The notes under the pieces are model-generated. The model saw only the letters and a list, made by a program, of their open reading frames with translations, searched no databases and was not told the origin of the DNA. From an uncultured Chloroflexia bacterium (GTDB taxonomy: Bacteria > Chloroflexota > Limnocylindria > Limnocylindrales > CSP1-4): a stretch of DNA of 64,000 nt. Location: assembly GCA_963712745.1 (NCBI GenBank), contig CAVQJC010000001.1:384001-448000 (forward strand). Reading direction: 5' to 3'. Each line of letters starts with the position of its first letter. The stretch's first letter is position 1. The translations under genes and the position numbers were made by a program. This document shows positions 54,033 to 64,000 of the stretch, in pieces.

Positions 54033-55398
54033 TCACGCAGCACCGCGCTGAGCCCGCCACGCCTCGACCGACGCGTATGCCTCAGCCTCCGCCTGTCCCA
54101 GGTAATCCCCTGGCCCAAGCACGGCCAGGTCGTCATCTGCGATGCCGCTGACCTCGAGCAGCGCGTCGCGCAGGTCGATGCCCCGCTTCTTGGACGCGAC
54201 TGCGGCGGCGTAGACGACATCGTGCGCGTCTTCGCGACCAAGCTCGGGCGCCAGCTGGAACATGTAGGCCTCGGACAGCGTGCGGCCCTGTTCCAGCCCG
54301 AGGTTGCTGCGTCATGCGCTCGCGGGTCCACGCTCAGGCCGGCCACCACGCGAGCGGCGATACGCAGGCTGCCCGCGGTCAGCACTGCCACTTGAGGCAA
54401 CACGTGCCATTCGATCTGCCACTCGCCCGCCGAGCGCTCATGGCCGGCCTCCATGGCGCGGTAGAGCGAGGTCGACATCGCGGTCACCGAAGCGGCCATG
54501 CCCACGATCGCCTCGGAGTCGATGGGGTTGGCCTTCTGGGGCATCGTCGATGAGGCGCCGCGATGGTGACCGGTCGATTCGGTGACCTCCGCCGATCTCC
54601 GTGCGCGCCAGGTCGATGACCTCGCGGGCCAGGCGGCAGTGACCGAAGCGGCCCGCGCACACACCGCGCCGAACGCAGCGATGCCATCGCGTGTCACGTG
54701 CCATGGTCCGTCGCCGACGAACAGGCCCAGGCGCTCGGCGGCACCAGCTCGCACCTCTGACGATATGGGGTCCGTAGCCGGCCGAGGTGCCCGGCCGCGC
54801 CATGCAGGCTGACACGACAAGCCTCGGCTCGCACGGCCACGAGATCCCGGCGCACTCGCAGGCATTGCCACAGGAACGTGGCCAGCTTGGCCCCCAGGGT
54901 GATGGGCACGGCCTGCTGGCCATGCGTGCGGCCCGCCATGACCGTGCTCGCGTGTGCCTCGGTCATCGTCGCCAACGCATCACCCAGGTCGAGCGCCAAT
55001 GCGTCGAGTCGATCGATGGCCGCGGCCAGCTGGATGGCCAGCCCGGTGTCCATGATGTCCTGCGTCGTGGCGCCGTAGTGCATCGAGCCACTGGCGTCGG
55101 ACGGCAACGCGGCCGTGACCTGTCGGATGAGCGGCAGGATGGGATAGCCCACGTTGCCGGTCTCGCGCCAGAGGGCGTCGATGTCGATGTTGTCGAGCGT
55201 ACAGGCGGCGGTGATGGCGTCTGCCTGTGACGGCGTGATATCCCCGACCACGGCCTGGCTTTGCGCCAGGGCAGCTTCGGTGCGCAGCCACGCGTCGATG
55301 GTGTTCGCCTCGGAGAAGACGGCTTCCATCTGCGCGTCGCCGAAGGTGCGATGCAGCAGCGAGAAGATGCTGCCGGGATGCTCGCGCGAGTCGCTCAC
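54033..55398 (-). CDS. Adenylosuccinate lyase/PcaB-like lyase, fumarase-aspartase superfamily (frameshifts)
   Basis: HYGATTQDIMDT, GRTHGQQAVP, SSTMPQKANP, HERSAGEWQIEW. Confidence 0.85.
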
Positions 55399-56479
55399 TG
55401 GCTACTCTGCGTGATCTCGTCCAGGCGCACCGAGCGATGCTCCGCGGCCGACAGATAGGCCGCCTGGGTGACCGCGACGGTGTTGAGGATTGTCGCGCCC
55501 GGCCGTCGCGGGCGCTCGGCCGGTCTCGATGGCGTCCATCAGGTCACTCATGGGCCCGAGGAAGGCATCCGGGATCCACAGCGTGTCGAACTCGATACGC
55601 CTGCACCTGGACGCCGTCGCGGTACAGCGCCAGCGTGTCAGGCCGCCCGTCCGGGTAGTCGTACATCAGGCCGATGGTGCCCTCGAGCGCGCCGCGCGTG
55701 CCCATGAAACGCAGCCTCGGCGTAGACGTCACCATGCAGGTCGTAGTGGTTCGCGGCCACGAGCGCTTGCCGCCTGTCGGCGTACTCGAGGATCGTCTTG
55801 GTGGCCGTCTCCCCGACGACCGGATCCTGCTCGGGGTAGCGACCGTGCACGCTGGTGACCCAGACCGGGTCACCCAGGATGGAGCGCAGCGAATCCTGGT
55901 AGTGGATGCTGTGGTACATCATCTCCAGCTGCGGCGCGGACGCCAGCCACGGCCAGAGGTGCCAGGGTGTCATCACCGAGACCTGGATCTGCGCCTCGGC
56001 GACCTCGCCGATGGCGCCACGCTGGATCAGATCGGCGCGATGCGGCGATGGCCGGATCCCAGCGCATCTGGTGGTTGACCGCGAGGAGGACGCCGGCCGC
56101 CTCGGCGACTTCGACCTCCGCGAGCGCGGTCGCATAGTCGAGCGCCAGCGGCTTCTGGCAGAGCATGTGTTTGCCGGCCGCCGCCACGAGCGGCACGATC
56201 TCCGGCTGCACCCACGGCGGCACTGCGATGTCGACGATGTCTACGCCTGGGGTGCCGAGCAGCGCTTCGACCGACGCCAGCCACGGTGTCGATCTCGAAC
56301 TCCGCCGCGACCGCGCGTGCCTTGTCGGGGTCCACGTCGTAGACCGCCACGACCTTGAGCCCGGCGTCGCGGTACGCGGGCAGGTGTGCGCCGCTCACGA
56401 TGCCGCCACAACCGATGATGCCGATACCTCGCTGACGGCCGGCGCCCTCGGGGATGCGCCAATTCGGTTCGATTTCCAA
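55395..56479 (-). CDS. Gfo/Idh/MocA oxidoreductase (frameshifts)
   Basis: GCGGIV...HLPAY, LCQKP, VNHQMRW, HSIHY. Confidence 0.85.
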
Positions 56480-56545
56480 GCCGTGCCTATCCCTTCAGTG
56501 ATGCGGGCGTGCCGGATCAGTCATGCGAGCGTGCCGGAGCTGACT

Positions 56546-56869
56546 TCAGTCCGTGTGGAAGACCTCTTGCATGTCCGACCACCACTCCCCTTCGGCACGA
56601 TCGGCCAGCGGCTCCTGCAGCGGCATCATCTGCTCCCACCAGAGCTGCGTCTCGGGGTCGTCGGCCATCTTCTGCATGTCGGCATCGAAGTCGTCGCCGA
56701 CATACTCGAAGTAGGCGAACAGCTGCCCGTTGCGATGGAAGATCGAGTAGTTGCGGATGTTGCTCTGCTCGATCCGCTCGAGCACGCCGGGCCAGACCGC
56801 CGCGTGCGCCTTGACGTACTCATCGAAATGCTCGGGCTTCAGTCCGATGACCTGGCCGAACCGCTTCAT
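56546..56869 (-). CDS. L-rhamnose/L-fucose mutarotase (DUF718 family)
   Basis: EYVKAHAAVWP, NIRNYSIF, LFAYFEY, WW..M..LQ, EVFHTD. Confidence 0.9.
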   Translation of the reverse strand: MKRFGQVIGLKPEHFDEYVKAHAAVWPGVLERIEQSNIRNYSIFHRNGQLFAYFEYVGDDFDADMQKMADDPETQLWWEQMMPLQEPLADRAEGEWWSDMQEVFHTD

Positions 56870-57725
56870 GCCGCCGCTCCGATCGAGTACAGAGCCGCGG
56901 CATTGTCGCCCAGGATGGCGGCCCGGTCTGCGGCGCTGACGGCCAGGCTGTCGAGCGCCTTGTCGGTCTCGGTCCAGACCTTGGCGTAGTCGCCCGCGAG
57001 GATGGCCACCGGCCAATCGCTGCCGAACATGAGCCGCTGCGGCCCGAAGACCTCGAGCGCGAAGCCGATCGACTCCTCGAGGTCGTCGGCATGTCCACGT
57101 GTCCCAGTCCGCGGCCGTGTTCAGGCCGGAGACCTTGGCATGCACGTTGAGGCGCCTCCGCCGCGGCCTTCATCTCGGCCTTCCAGACGGCGTAGTCGCC
57201 GCTCACGATGGGCGGCTTGGCCAGGTGGTCGATGACGATCGTGAGGTCGGGTACCGCCTCCGCGAGCGCCGGCACATGCAGCAGGTGCAGCGGGTGGACC
57301 GCGACGACCTCGAAGACGAGCTGGCGCTCCGCGAGCACCTTCAGTCCCTCGATCGACGGCCGGTCGGACGAGCCAATCCGGGTCGGCCTCCTCGTGGTTC
57401 AGGTGGCGCACGCCCTTGAACCACGGGTTCGCGAGGTACTTGCTCGTCGAGCACGCGTGCCGTCTGCGGAGGCATCCTCGAGCGGCACCCAGCCCACCAC
57501 GGCACCGATCCATTCGTGTTCAGCCGCGTGGGCCAGCATCGAGTCGGTGTCGGCGAAGGAGTTGGCTGCCTGCACCAGCACCGTGCGGTCCACGCCGGCG
57601 GCCCGCAACTGGGGCGCCAGCTCCTCGGGCGTGAAGGTGCGGTAGATGGGGCCGTACTCGGGCACGAGCCAGGGGTAGTCGACCTTTTCGAGATCCCAGA
57701 AATGCTGATGGCAATCGACGATCAT
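56866..57725 (-). CDS. Amidohydrolase-2 sugar lactonase, L-fuconolactonase-like (frameshifts)
   Basis: IVDCHQHFW, TVLVQAA, KGVRH, DHLAKP, KVSGL, MFGSDWPV. Confidence 0.85.
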
Positions 57726-57792
57726 CTGCAGCGCCCCTCCTGCTGTTCGTGCGTGTCAACTCGCGCAGGGTAGCCCTCGGTCGATGCGCGAA

Positions 57793-59175
57793 TCATACGG
57801 TCGCCCATGCGTCCAGATCACCCATGGCCGCATCGAGGATCTCGACCATGCGGTCGATATCGGCTTCGGTCGCGATGACGGCGGGCGCAACGAAGAGCAC
57901 GTTGCCCGGGTGCAGCAGCAGCGTCGTGAGGCCGCGATCACGTGCCGCCATGCGCAGCCGATTGCCTGCCGCGAGTCGGATCAGCGAAGTCCTCGCCGGT
58001 CTGCCGTCGCGGACCACCTCGAGACCCGCCAGCAGTCCCTTGCCGCGCGCGTCCCAGTAGGTGCGGTGGTGGCTGAGCGAACGCAAGCCCGCCAACAGCC
58101 GTTCGCCCAGCACGGCAGCTGCGTTCCCAGAGCCGCTCGGCCTGGACGCGCCGCAGCACACTCAGGGCAGCTGCGGCCGCGATGGGGTGGCCAGCGTACG
58201 TGTGGCCGTGCAGGAAGACACCTTCATGCTCGATGAAGGTGTCCCGGACGTGAGGCGCGATGAGCGCGGCACCGATCGGCACGTAGCCGGAACTGAGCGC
58301 CTTGGACATGGTGATGAAGTCGGGCGTGATGTCGTCCCATTCGGTCGCGAACAAGCGGCCCGTGCGACCCATACCGGTGATGATCTCGTCGACGACCAGG
58401 AGGACGCCGTAGCGGTCGCAGACGGCTGCGCAGGTCGCGCAGGTAGCCGACCGGCGGCACCGAGACGGCGATGGCCGTGGCACACGGATCGACCACGACC
58501 GCCGCCACCGTCTCGGGACCCTCGGCCCGGATGGTCGCCTCGATCTTGTGGACACACGCGAGGTGACGGCTGGCCTTGCCGAAATCGCACTGCTCGCAGG
58601 CGCCCGCGGGTGCGATGCGGCCCCACGAGAGCCCGCCGTCGTAGACCACGTTGCGCGAGGCGAAGTAGTTGCCATCGAGCGCCATCGCACCGGCCGTGAC
58701 ACCGTGGAAGGCACCTTGGCGGGTGATGACCTTCATGCGATACGGCTCACCGCGCAAGGCGTGGTACTGACGCGCCATCTTGATGGCCACCTCATCGGCC
58801 TCGGCACCGCCGGGCGTGAAGTGGGCCATGGCCATACCCGGTGAGGCCGCTACCAGCTCGGCGGCCAGCTCCAGCCTGGGGCGGCGTGACGAAGCGAAAG
58901 ACATCGACGAACGACATCGTGCGCGCCTGCTCGGCGATGGCCTCGACCACGGCCTCGTCGCCGTGGCCCAGGATGAGTGCCTCGAGCGCTGAGGTGCCAT
59001 CGAGGTACTCGCGGCCCTCAGCGTCCCACGTAAGCACGCCTCGACCGTGCGTCATGACGCGGATCTCGTCGCGCATGCTGCCCTGCGCGCCGGGCGGCGA
59101 GTAGGGCATCCACAGATGGTCCTGCGCCTGTTGCCGCCAGCGTGCGCCGTTCGGATCGGCGGGCCCGCGACTCAA
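57793..59175 (-). CDS. Class III PLP-dependent aminotransferase (frameshifts, start approximate)
   Basis: YLDGTSAL, FHGVT, DEIITGMGRTG, PDFITMSKALSSGY, HGHTYAGHP. Confidence 0.85.
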
Positions 59176-60035
59176 TGGACGTCGAGGCCCAGGGCGGCGG
59201 CTCGTACGGTCAGGTTGCGCTTGGCCAGGCCGATCTGCGAGACCGGCAGGTGCTCGATGACCGCGTACATGTCCGGGCCCGAGCGCCGCGGTGCGCTCGC
59301 AGCACGGTATCGATGATCGAGGTCGCCGGTACCCGGGATCGTCTCGGCGATGTGGACGCACCAAGCGGTCCTCAAGGTAGAAGTCCTTGATCTGGACGGT
59401 GCCGCAGAACTCGCCGCAGACGTCGAAGTACTCGTTGACCATGGCGGTCGTGTCGAAGGCGGTCGGCAGGTCACGCACGAAGTTGACCAGGTCGATGTTG
59501 ATGGTCACGTCGCGCGGGATCGGTGCGCTCGATGACGCGACGCACGCGTGCGGCGTGTCGAGCGTGGAGGTGGCGTGTGCCTCCAGCACGATCTTGACGT
59601 CCTCCGGCACGGCGACCTCGAGGATCTCCGAGATGCTGCGCACCAGCCGATCCTCGCTGGCCTGGCTGTGGTTCTCCGGATGCGGCCACCAGTCACCGCG
59701 CGGGTTGTGGCTGGTCGGGCCGGATGCCGGACTCCGGCACACCCAGGCGCGCCGCCAGGCGCACGATGTCCGAGGCGGCCTCGACGCCGGCTCGACGCAC
59801 GTCCTCGTCGGCGCTGATGATCGCTCGGATACGGGCCCCACAGCTGGATGAAGTCCAGGTTGTTGCCGCGATGTGCGAACGCAGGTTCTCGGCCACCTCG
59901 TCGGTGATGGTGGACGCCGGCACCGTGAGGTGGGCGCCCGATGCCGCTGAAGCCCAGCTCACGCGCGAACGCGATGGACTCGTAGCTCACATCGGTCCAG
60001 TCGCTCCAGACCACTCCCAGGACGCCGAAGCGCAT
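59172..60035 (-). CDS. Sugar phosphate isomerase/epimerase (AP-endonuclease 2 TIM barrel; frameshifts)
   Basis: LEAH, IDLVN, QIKD, PGTGDLD, IEH metal ligands. Confidence 0.75.
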
Positions 60036-60094
60036 CTGCTCCTCCCGATACGTCGTTGTCTGTGGCCTACCGTAGGCGACCGACGAACTTGCAG

Positions 60095-60935
60095 TCAACC
60101 GGTTGAGCGATGGCGCGCGGCCGCCTCGTGCGCTGCCGCGTCAGTCGACGTGTTCGTCTGAAGCGCTCGAGCGCGGCTGGCCCACAGCTCGCGGATCGTC
60201 CTCGTCGGTATCGGTGCCGCCGGTGTTGAGGATCGAGACGTCGCGCTCCTCGATGGTCGCGGAACGTCGTGGCCGCCAGCGCCTCGTGGTGGCGTGGCGA
60301 TGGCCTCGAACACGGCGTTGCCGATGAGCACGTGGCCCAGGTCGTTGAGGTGGCACGAGTCGGTATGCAGCAGCCAGTCGGCGCCACCCATGATCTGCTG
60401 CGCGTCCACGAAGATGCGCCCCCAGCCGCTCGGCCGTCAGCGGATGGCCAGGTTGTAGGCAGTCGCGATCGTCCTGCGTCCACCGGGTCCAGGTCGGATA
60501 GACGGCCGGATCGTTGGCGCCCTTGCCGAAGGCCTGGTGGTAGATGCCCACGAGCACGACCAGCGCGCCGGTCTGTCGCCCGATGTCGCGTGACGATCGA
60601 TCTCGATGTCCTCGACGTAGTCCTGCGAGCGGCATGCCGGAGCGCATGTCGTTGAGCCCCTCGGCGATGATGACCAGGTCTGGGTGCAAGGTCGATGCAG
60701 TGCTCCTGGTAGCGCTCCAGCAGGCTGGGCTTGGCCGATTCCGCGTAGCCCGGGCAGCGCGGCGACAGGACCCCTGCGGGCAGGCCGCGATTGAAGACGG
60801 TCGGGGCCCTCGTCCTGGAATTCGCGCAGCAGGCGCGCCACGACCTGATTCCACTCGTGCTCGGGCTGCGCAGCACACATGCCGTACGAGATGCTGTCGC
60901 CGATGACCACCATGCGCTGAATGGGCGATCGACAT
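60095..60935 (-). CDS. SGNH/GDSL hydrolase (frameshifts, end approximate)
   Basis: IGDSISYG, GLNDMR, DSCHLNDLGH. Confidence 0.8.
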
Positions 60936-60965
60936 GGGCGCTCCTCCTTGCGGTCGTGAGCGCGT

Positions 60966-61715
60966 CTAGCGCGTGAAGATGGTGCCCGTGACGTCGGCGG
61001 CGTCGTCGGAGGCGAGCCAGGCCATGATGTTGGCGATGCCTTCCGGCTGGACCAGGCTGGCCAACTCGGCCTCGTACGCGGCCCGATCACCGGTCGCGCG
61101 GAGGTCTCCTCGATGACCGAGACCTTCATGCGGCGTGACCACCTGGCCGGGGCAGACGTCGTTCACGCGCACCCCGTGGGCGGCCAGATTCGCCGCGCAG
61201 GACCATGGCGAGCCCGTGCACGCCACCCTTGCTGGAGCCGTAGGCATACGACGAGCTGCCACCGCTGACGCCGGCGCCGGATGCGGTCAGCACGATCACC
61301 CCGGCACCCGCGCGTCTGCATGCGTGGCGCGACGTGCTTGCTGACCAGGAACGAGCCCTTCAGTTGACGTCGATGACGTCGTCCCAGGTGGCCTCCGGGA
61401 AGTCCGCGATGTCGACGCGCGCACCCTTCAGGATGCCGGCAAGGTGCAGCAGCACGTCCGGTCCGCCAGCCAGCCACGTCGGATCGCCTCGTCGACAGCC
61501 GCTGCGCACCTCGTCCTCATCGACCACATCGACGTGCCAGTAGCGGCACTCGGCGCCAGCTGACGCTGGCCAGTCGACGCGCGGTCGCAGCATCGGCGTC
61601 GTTGACGTCGAACGCGGCGACACGCGCGCCCAGCGAGGCGACCTTGAGCAACGGTGGCTCGGCCGATCCCGGTCGCAGCCCCGGTGACGATGATGCGCTT
61701 GCCGCTGAGCGACAT
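60966..61715 (-). CDS. SDR family oxidoreductase (frameshifts)
   Basis: TGAATGIG, VNLKGSF, YGSSKGG, RVNDVCPG. Confidence 0.8.
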
Positions 61716-61838
61716 GTCCGTTCCCTTCTGCTGTGAGTCGAGCGCTGCGAGCCTGAGGCCCAGCCATCAGCTCGCCACGGGCCGCTGTCCGAGGTGGACC
61801 TGGCCTGCGCACGGCTACGAGATGGCGATGCTACTAGG

Positions 61839-62268
61839 TGTAGTTCCCACACGCCTTGTTGACGATCAAGAGACGGGAGATTCCCGTCTACCCGACCCCA
61901 GGCCCAGACCGCTACACCCCAGAGGACGACCGCAAGGACCGTAAGGAAGCCGAGATGGACCCAGTATTGGGGGTCCTCCAGCCGCAGGGACCCATCCACA
62001 TCGGTCTGGAACATCGTCACCACCCAGCCAGAACGCACTCAGCGTGAACTGCGCTGCGCGACCCGCGCGATGACGCCGAAGAACCCGTTCCGCTTGCTCA
62101 TGGAGCCCCCCTTCCGCAACCGTAGAGTGTGTGGTGAGCCAAGGCGTGGCGCTCAGCGCGGTGAGCCGCCTACTCCCGCTTGCTCTCATCTTCCGGGTTC
62201 CCGTCAGCGGGTCAAGTGTCGAACGGCCCGGCGGCCCCGGACTATCGACAAGGTGCCTGGGAACTACA
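61839..62268. mobile_element. 430-bp non-autonomous element with IS481-type terminal inverted repeats
   Basis: TGTAGTTCCCACACGCCTTGTTGA versus reverse complement of right end TGTAGTTCCCAGGCACCTTGTCGA (20/24 identical); TGT...ACA termini; flanks ACTAGG and CCCAGG. Confidence 0.7.
61866..62101 (-). CDS. Probable small membrane protein carried inside the element (frameshifted, end uncertain)
   Basis: GGAAGGGGG upstream of ATG (MSKRNGFFGVIA); hydrophobic segments AQFTLSAFWL/VVTMF and YWVHLGFLTVLAVVLWGVAVWAW. Confidence 0.45.
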
Positions 62269-62422
62269 CCCAGGACGGCGTCGTCGACATCGGGCCGGTG
62301 CGTCCGAGCGAGCAGGCCGAGCTTGACCACCGCGGCTGACTGCCCATACGCTGAGCCGCCGCAGGACGAGCATCAGTCCGGGCCGCAGCGCGGAAACGCG
62401 ATCGGGCACGAAAGGAGGGTCC

Positions 62423-63378
62423 GTGGCAGCAACGGTGATGACTGTCCGCGGGCCAGTACCGGTCGAGCAGCTGGGTTTCACGCTGCCACACGAGCACGTC
62501 TTCATCGACCTGGTGCGCATCTTCCCGGCCAACATGCTCGCGTTCGACTTCCAGCTGATCGATGAAGCGCTGGCCATCGAGGAGGTCAGACGATTCGTCG
62601 AAGTGCGGCCCGGTTCGCTCCCGGACGGCCAGCGCTCGTCGACGTCACCACCGACGCACGCGTGGGCCGGCAGCCAGAAGCGCTTGCGCCGCGTCTCCGA
62701 GGCACTCGACCTGCACCTGATCGTCTGGCCTGCGGACGCTACCGGGAACCGTGGTTCGAGCCGGACTTCGAGCGCCGCAGCACGGTCGACCTGGGCCGAC
62801 TGCTGGTCGACGAGATCGAGAACGGCATCGAGGATACCGGCGTGCGTCCGGGCATCATCGGCGAGCTCGGTGCGGACCGCGACTTCGTCAGCTCCGCCGA
62901 GGAGCGCGTCCTGCGAGCGGCCGCCATGGCCCAGGCGGCCACCGGCCTGGCCATCACCTTGCATGCTCGAGCGAGCCGGGTGGGCATGGATCAGCTCGCC
63001 ATCCTCGAGGATGCCGGCGCAGACCTGCGACGGGTCATCGTGGGCCACTGCGACACCGTACCGGACCCCGACTTCCACGAAGCCCTGGCAAGACGTGGCG
63101 CCTGGGTCGAGTTCGACACCATCCGCGGCAAGGTGCCCATGGTCGCCGGACGCAGACTCGACTTCATCCGGGAAGTGCGCCGGCGCGGCTATCTCGATCG
63201 CCTGCTGCTCTCGCAGGACACGTGCGCCTTGTCCCACCTGCAGGCGTACGGCAACACCGGGTACGACTACCTCGCGACGGGCTTCCTCGAGCTGCTCCGC
63301 GACGAGGGCCTCAGCCCAGAAGAGCTGCACTTGCTCTTCGTGCGCAACCCCACCAGCGCGATCGCGATCGAGGCGTGA
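62423..63378 (+). CDS. Phosphotriesterase-related (PHP) lactonase/hydrolase (frameshifts)
   Basis: MTVRGPV...LGFTLPHEH, GIIGELG, ITLH, GHCD, LLSQD. Confidence 0.9.
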
Positions 63379-64000
63379 CGAGCGATAGGCTCGCTGCGAG
63401 GGCAGTCTCGGCGCAATGGACCCGCAGACCGACCAGTCGCCCTGGTGACCGGTGCGTGCCCGCGGTATCGGGTTCGCGACGGCCGCGTGCACTCGTCGAC
63501 GAGGGTACGAGGTGTTCGTGGCCGACATCGATGCTCGAGGCCGCACGCGACGGCCGCGACTCGTCTGTCGCGGCCAGGCATCGCACGAGCGATGGAGATG
63601 GATGTGGCCGACTCCGGGTCGATTTCCACGGCCCTCGCGTCGCTGGAGACAGGACGGCTCGACCTGGTGGTCAGCAACGCCGGCGTCGTACAGCCGGCCC
63701 GCTCGGAGGAGCTCGATGAGGCGGCGTGGGAGCTACGTCCTGCAGGTGAACCTCTTCGGCGCCTTCCGGCTCGTACGACAGACATTCGAGCTACTGCGAC
63801 AGTCGGAGCGACCGTCGATCGTGTTCATCTCGTCGATCGCGGCCCATCGAGGTCTTCCGGCTCGCCTCGCCTACAGCGCAAGCAAGGGAGCCCTGGAGTC
63901 GATGGCGCGCGTGCTGGCCGTGGAGTGGGGACTCATTGGGCATCAGGGTCAACGCCGTCGCCCCGGGTTTCATCTCCACCGAGCAATCCCGCGCCATCGC
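63375..64000 (+). CDS. SDR family oxidoreductase, 3'-truncated (frameshifts)
   Basis: VALVTG, NAGV, YSASKG, RVNAVAPGFI. Confidence 0.8.

Noticed and set aside
53247-54395. 382-aa extended SDR
   Set aside because: The SDR motifs continue in another frame to a stop at 54012; the extension overlaps the convergent lyase gene.
50604-55398. Coenzyme M-dependent epoxide pathway (MetE-like, SDRs, ASL-family)
   Set aside because: No alkene monooxygenase, 2-KPCC-like oxidoreductase or phosphosulfolactate synthase is present; kept only as an analogy.
1-64000. CRISPR arrays, rRNA, prophage genes, and long antisense ORFs such as 10543-12222, 30997-32430 and 32977-34284
   Set aside because: No regular repeat-spacer array, rRNA or phage hallmark was seen by eye. 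The antisense ORFs are GC-rich shadows of well-supported genes.

Overview
High-GC bacterial chromosomal window. Class I LysRS, an F420-type PPOX gene and many apparently leaderless genes suggest a Chloroflexota- or Actinomycetota-like organism; this is inference. Many genes are broken by single-base indels, including essential serS and lysK, and the density rises after about 45.7 kb. These look like long-read consensus errors rather than pseudogenes. Layout: (1) 1-2.7 kb, tail of a dehydrogenase operon. (2) 2.7-17.9 kb, ABC-2 exporter, Zn-finger thioredoxin, PPOX enzyme, HipA-like kinase plus DUF3037-like pair, GH15, KduD-like SDR, asparagine-synthase-like protein, apparent YbdK/M20 fusion and secreted proteins. 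(3) 18.2-34.2 kb, myo-inositol cluster (iolG, iolE, ABC importer, iolD, iolC, iolB) with unusual members: a DMFase-large-subunit-like gene, a LacD-type aldolase and an HpcH-type aldolase. (4) ECF sigma/anti-sigma pair and tRNA-Ser(TGA). (5) 37-46.8 kb, a block of exported proteins: a jelly-roll protein, a ~1830-aa PPC-repeat/double-VWA protein, a Cys-less transglutaminase-like protein with a hydrophobic tail, and a serine hydrolase. (6) greA-lysK-serS. (7) 50.6-64 kb, an orphan catabolic cluster (MetE-like, VOC, Cys-motif unknown, ASL-family lyase, mutarotase, lactonase, aminotransferase, SGNH, PTE, SDRs). It contains a 430-bp IS481-ended non-autonomous element with a probable small membrane cargo gene. 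Best novelty candidates: block 5, the IS481-ended cassette, cluster 7 and the extended iol cluster.
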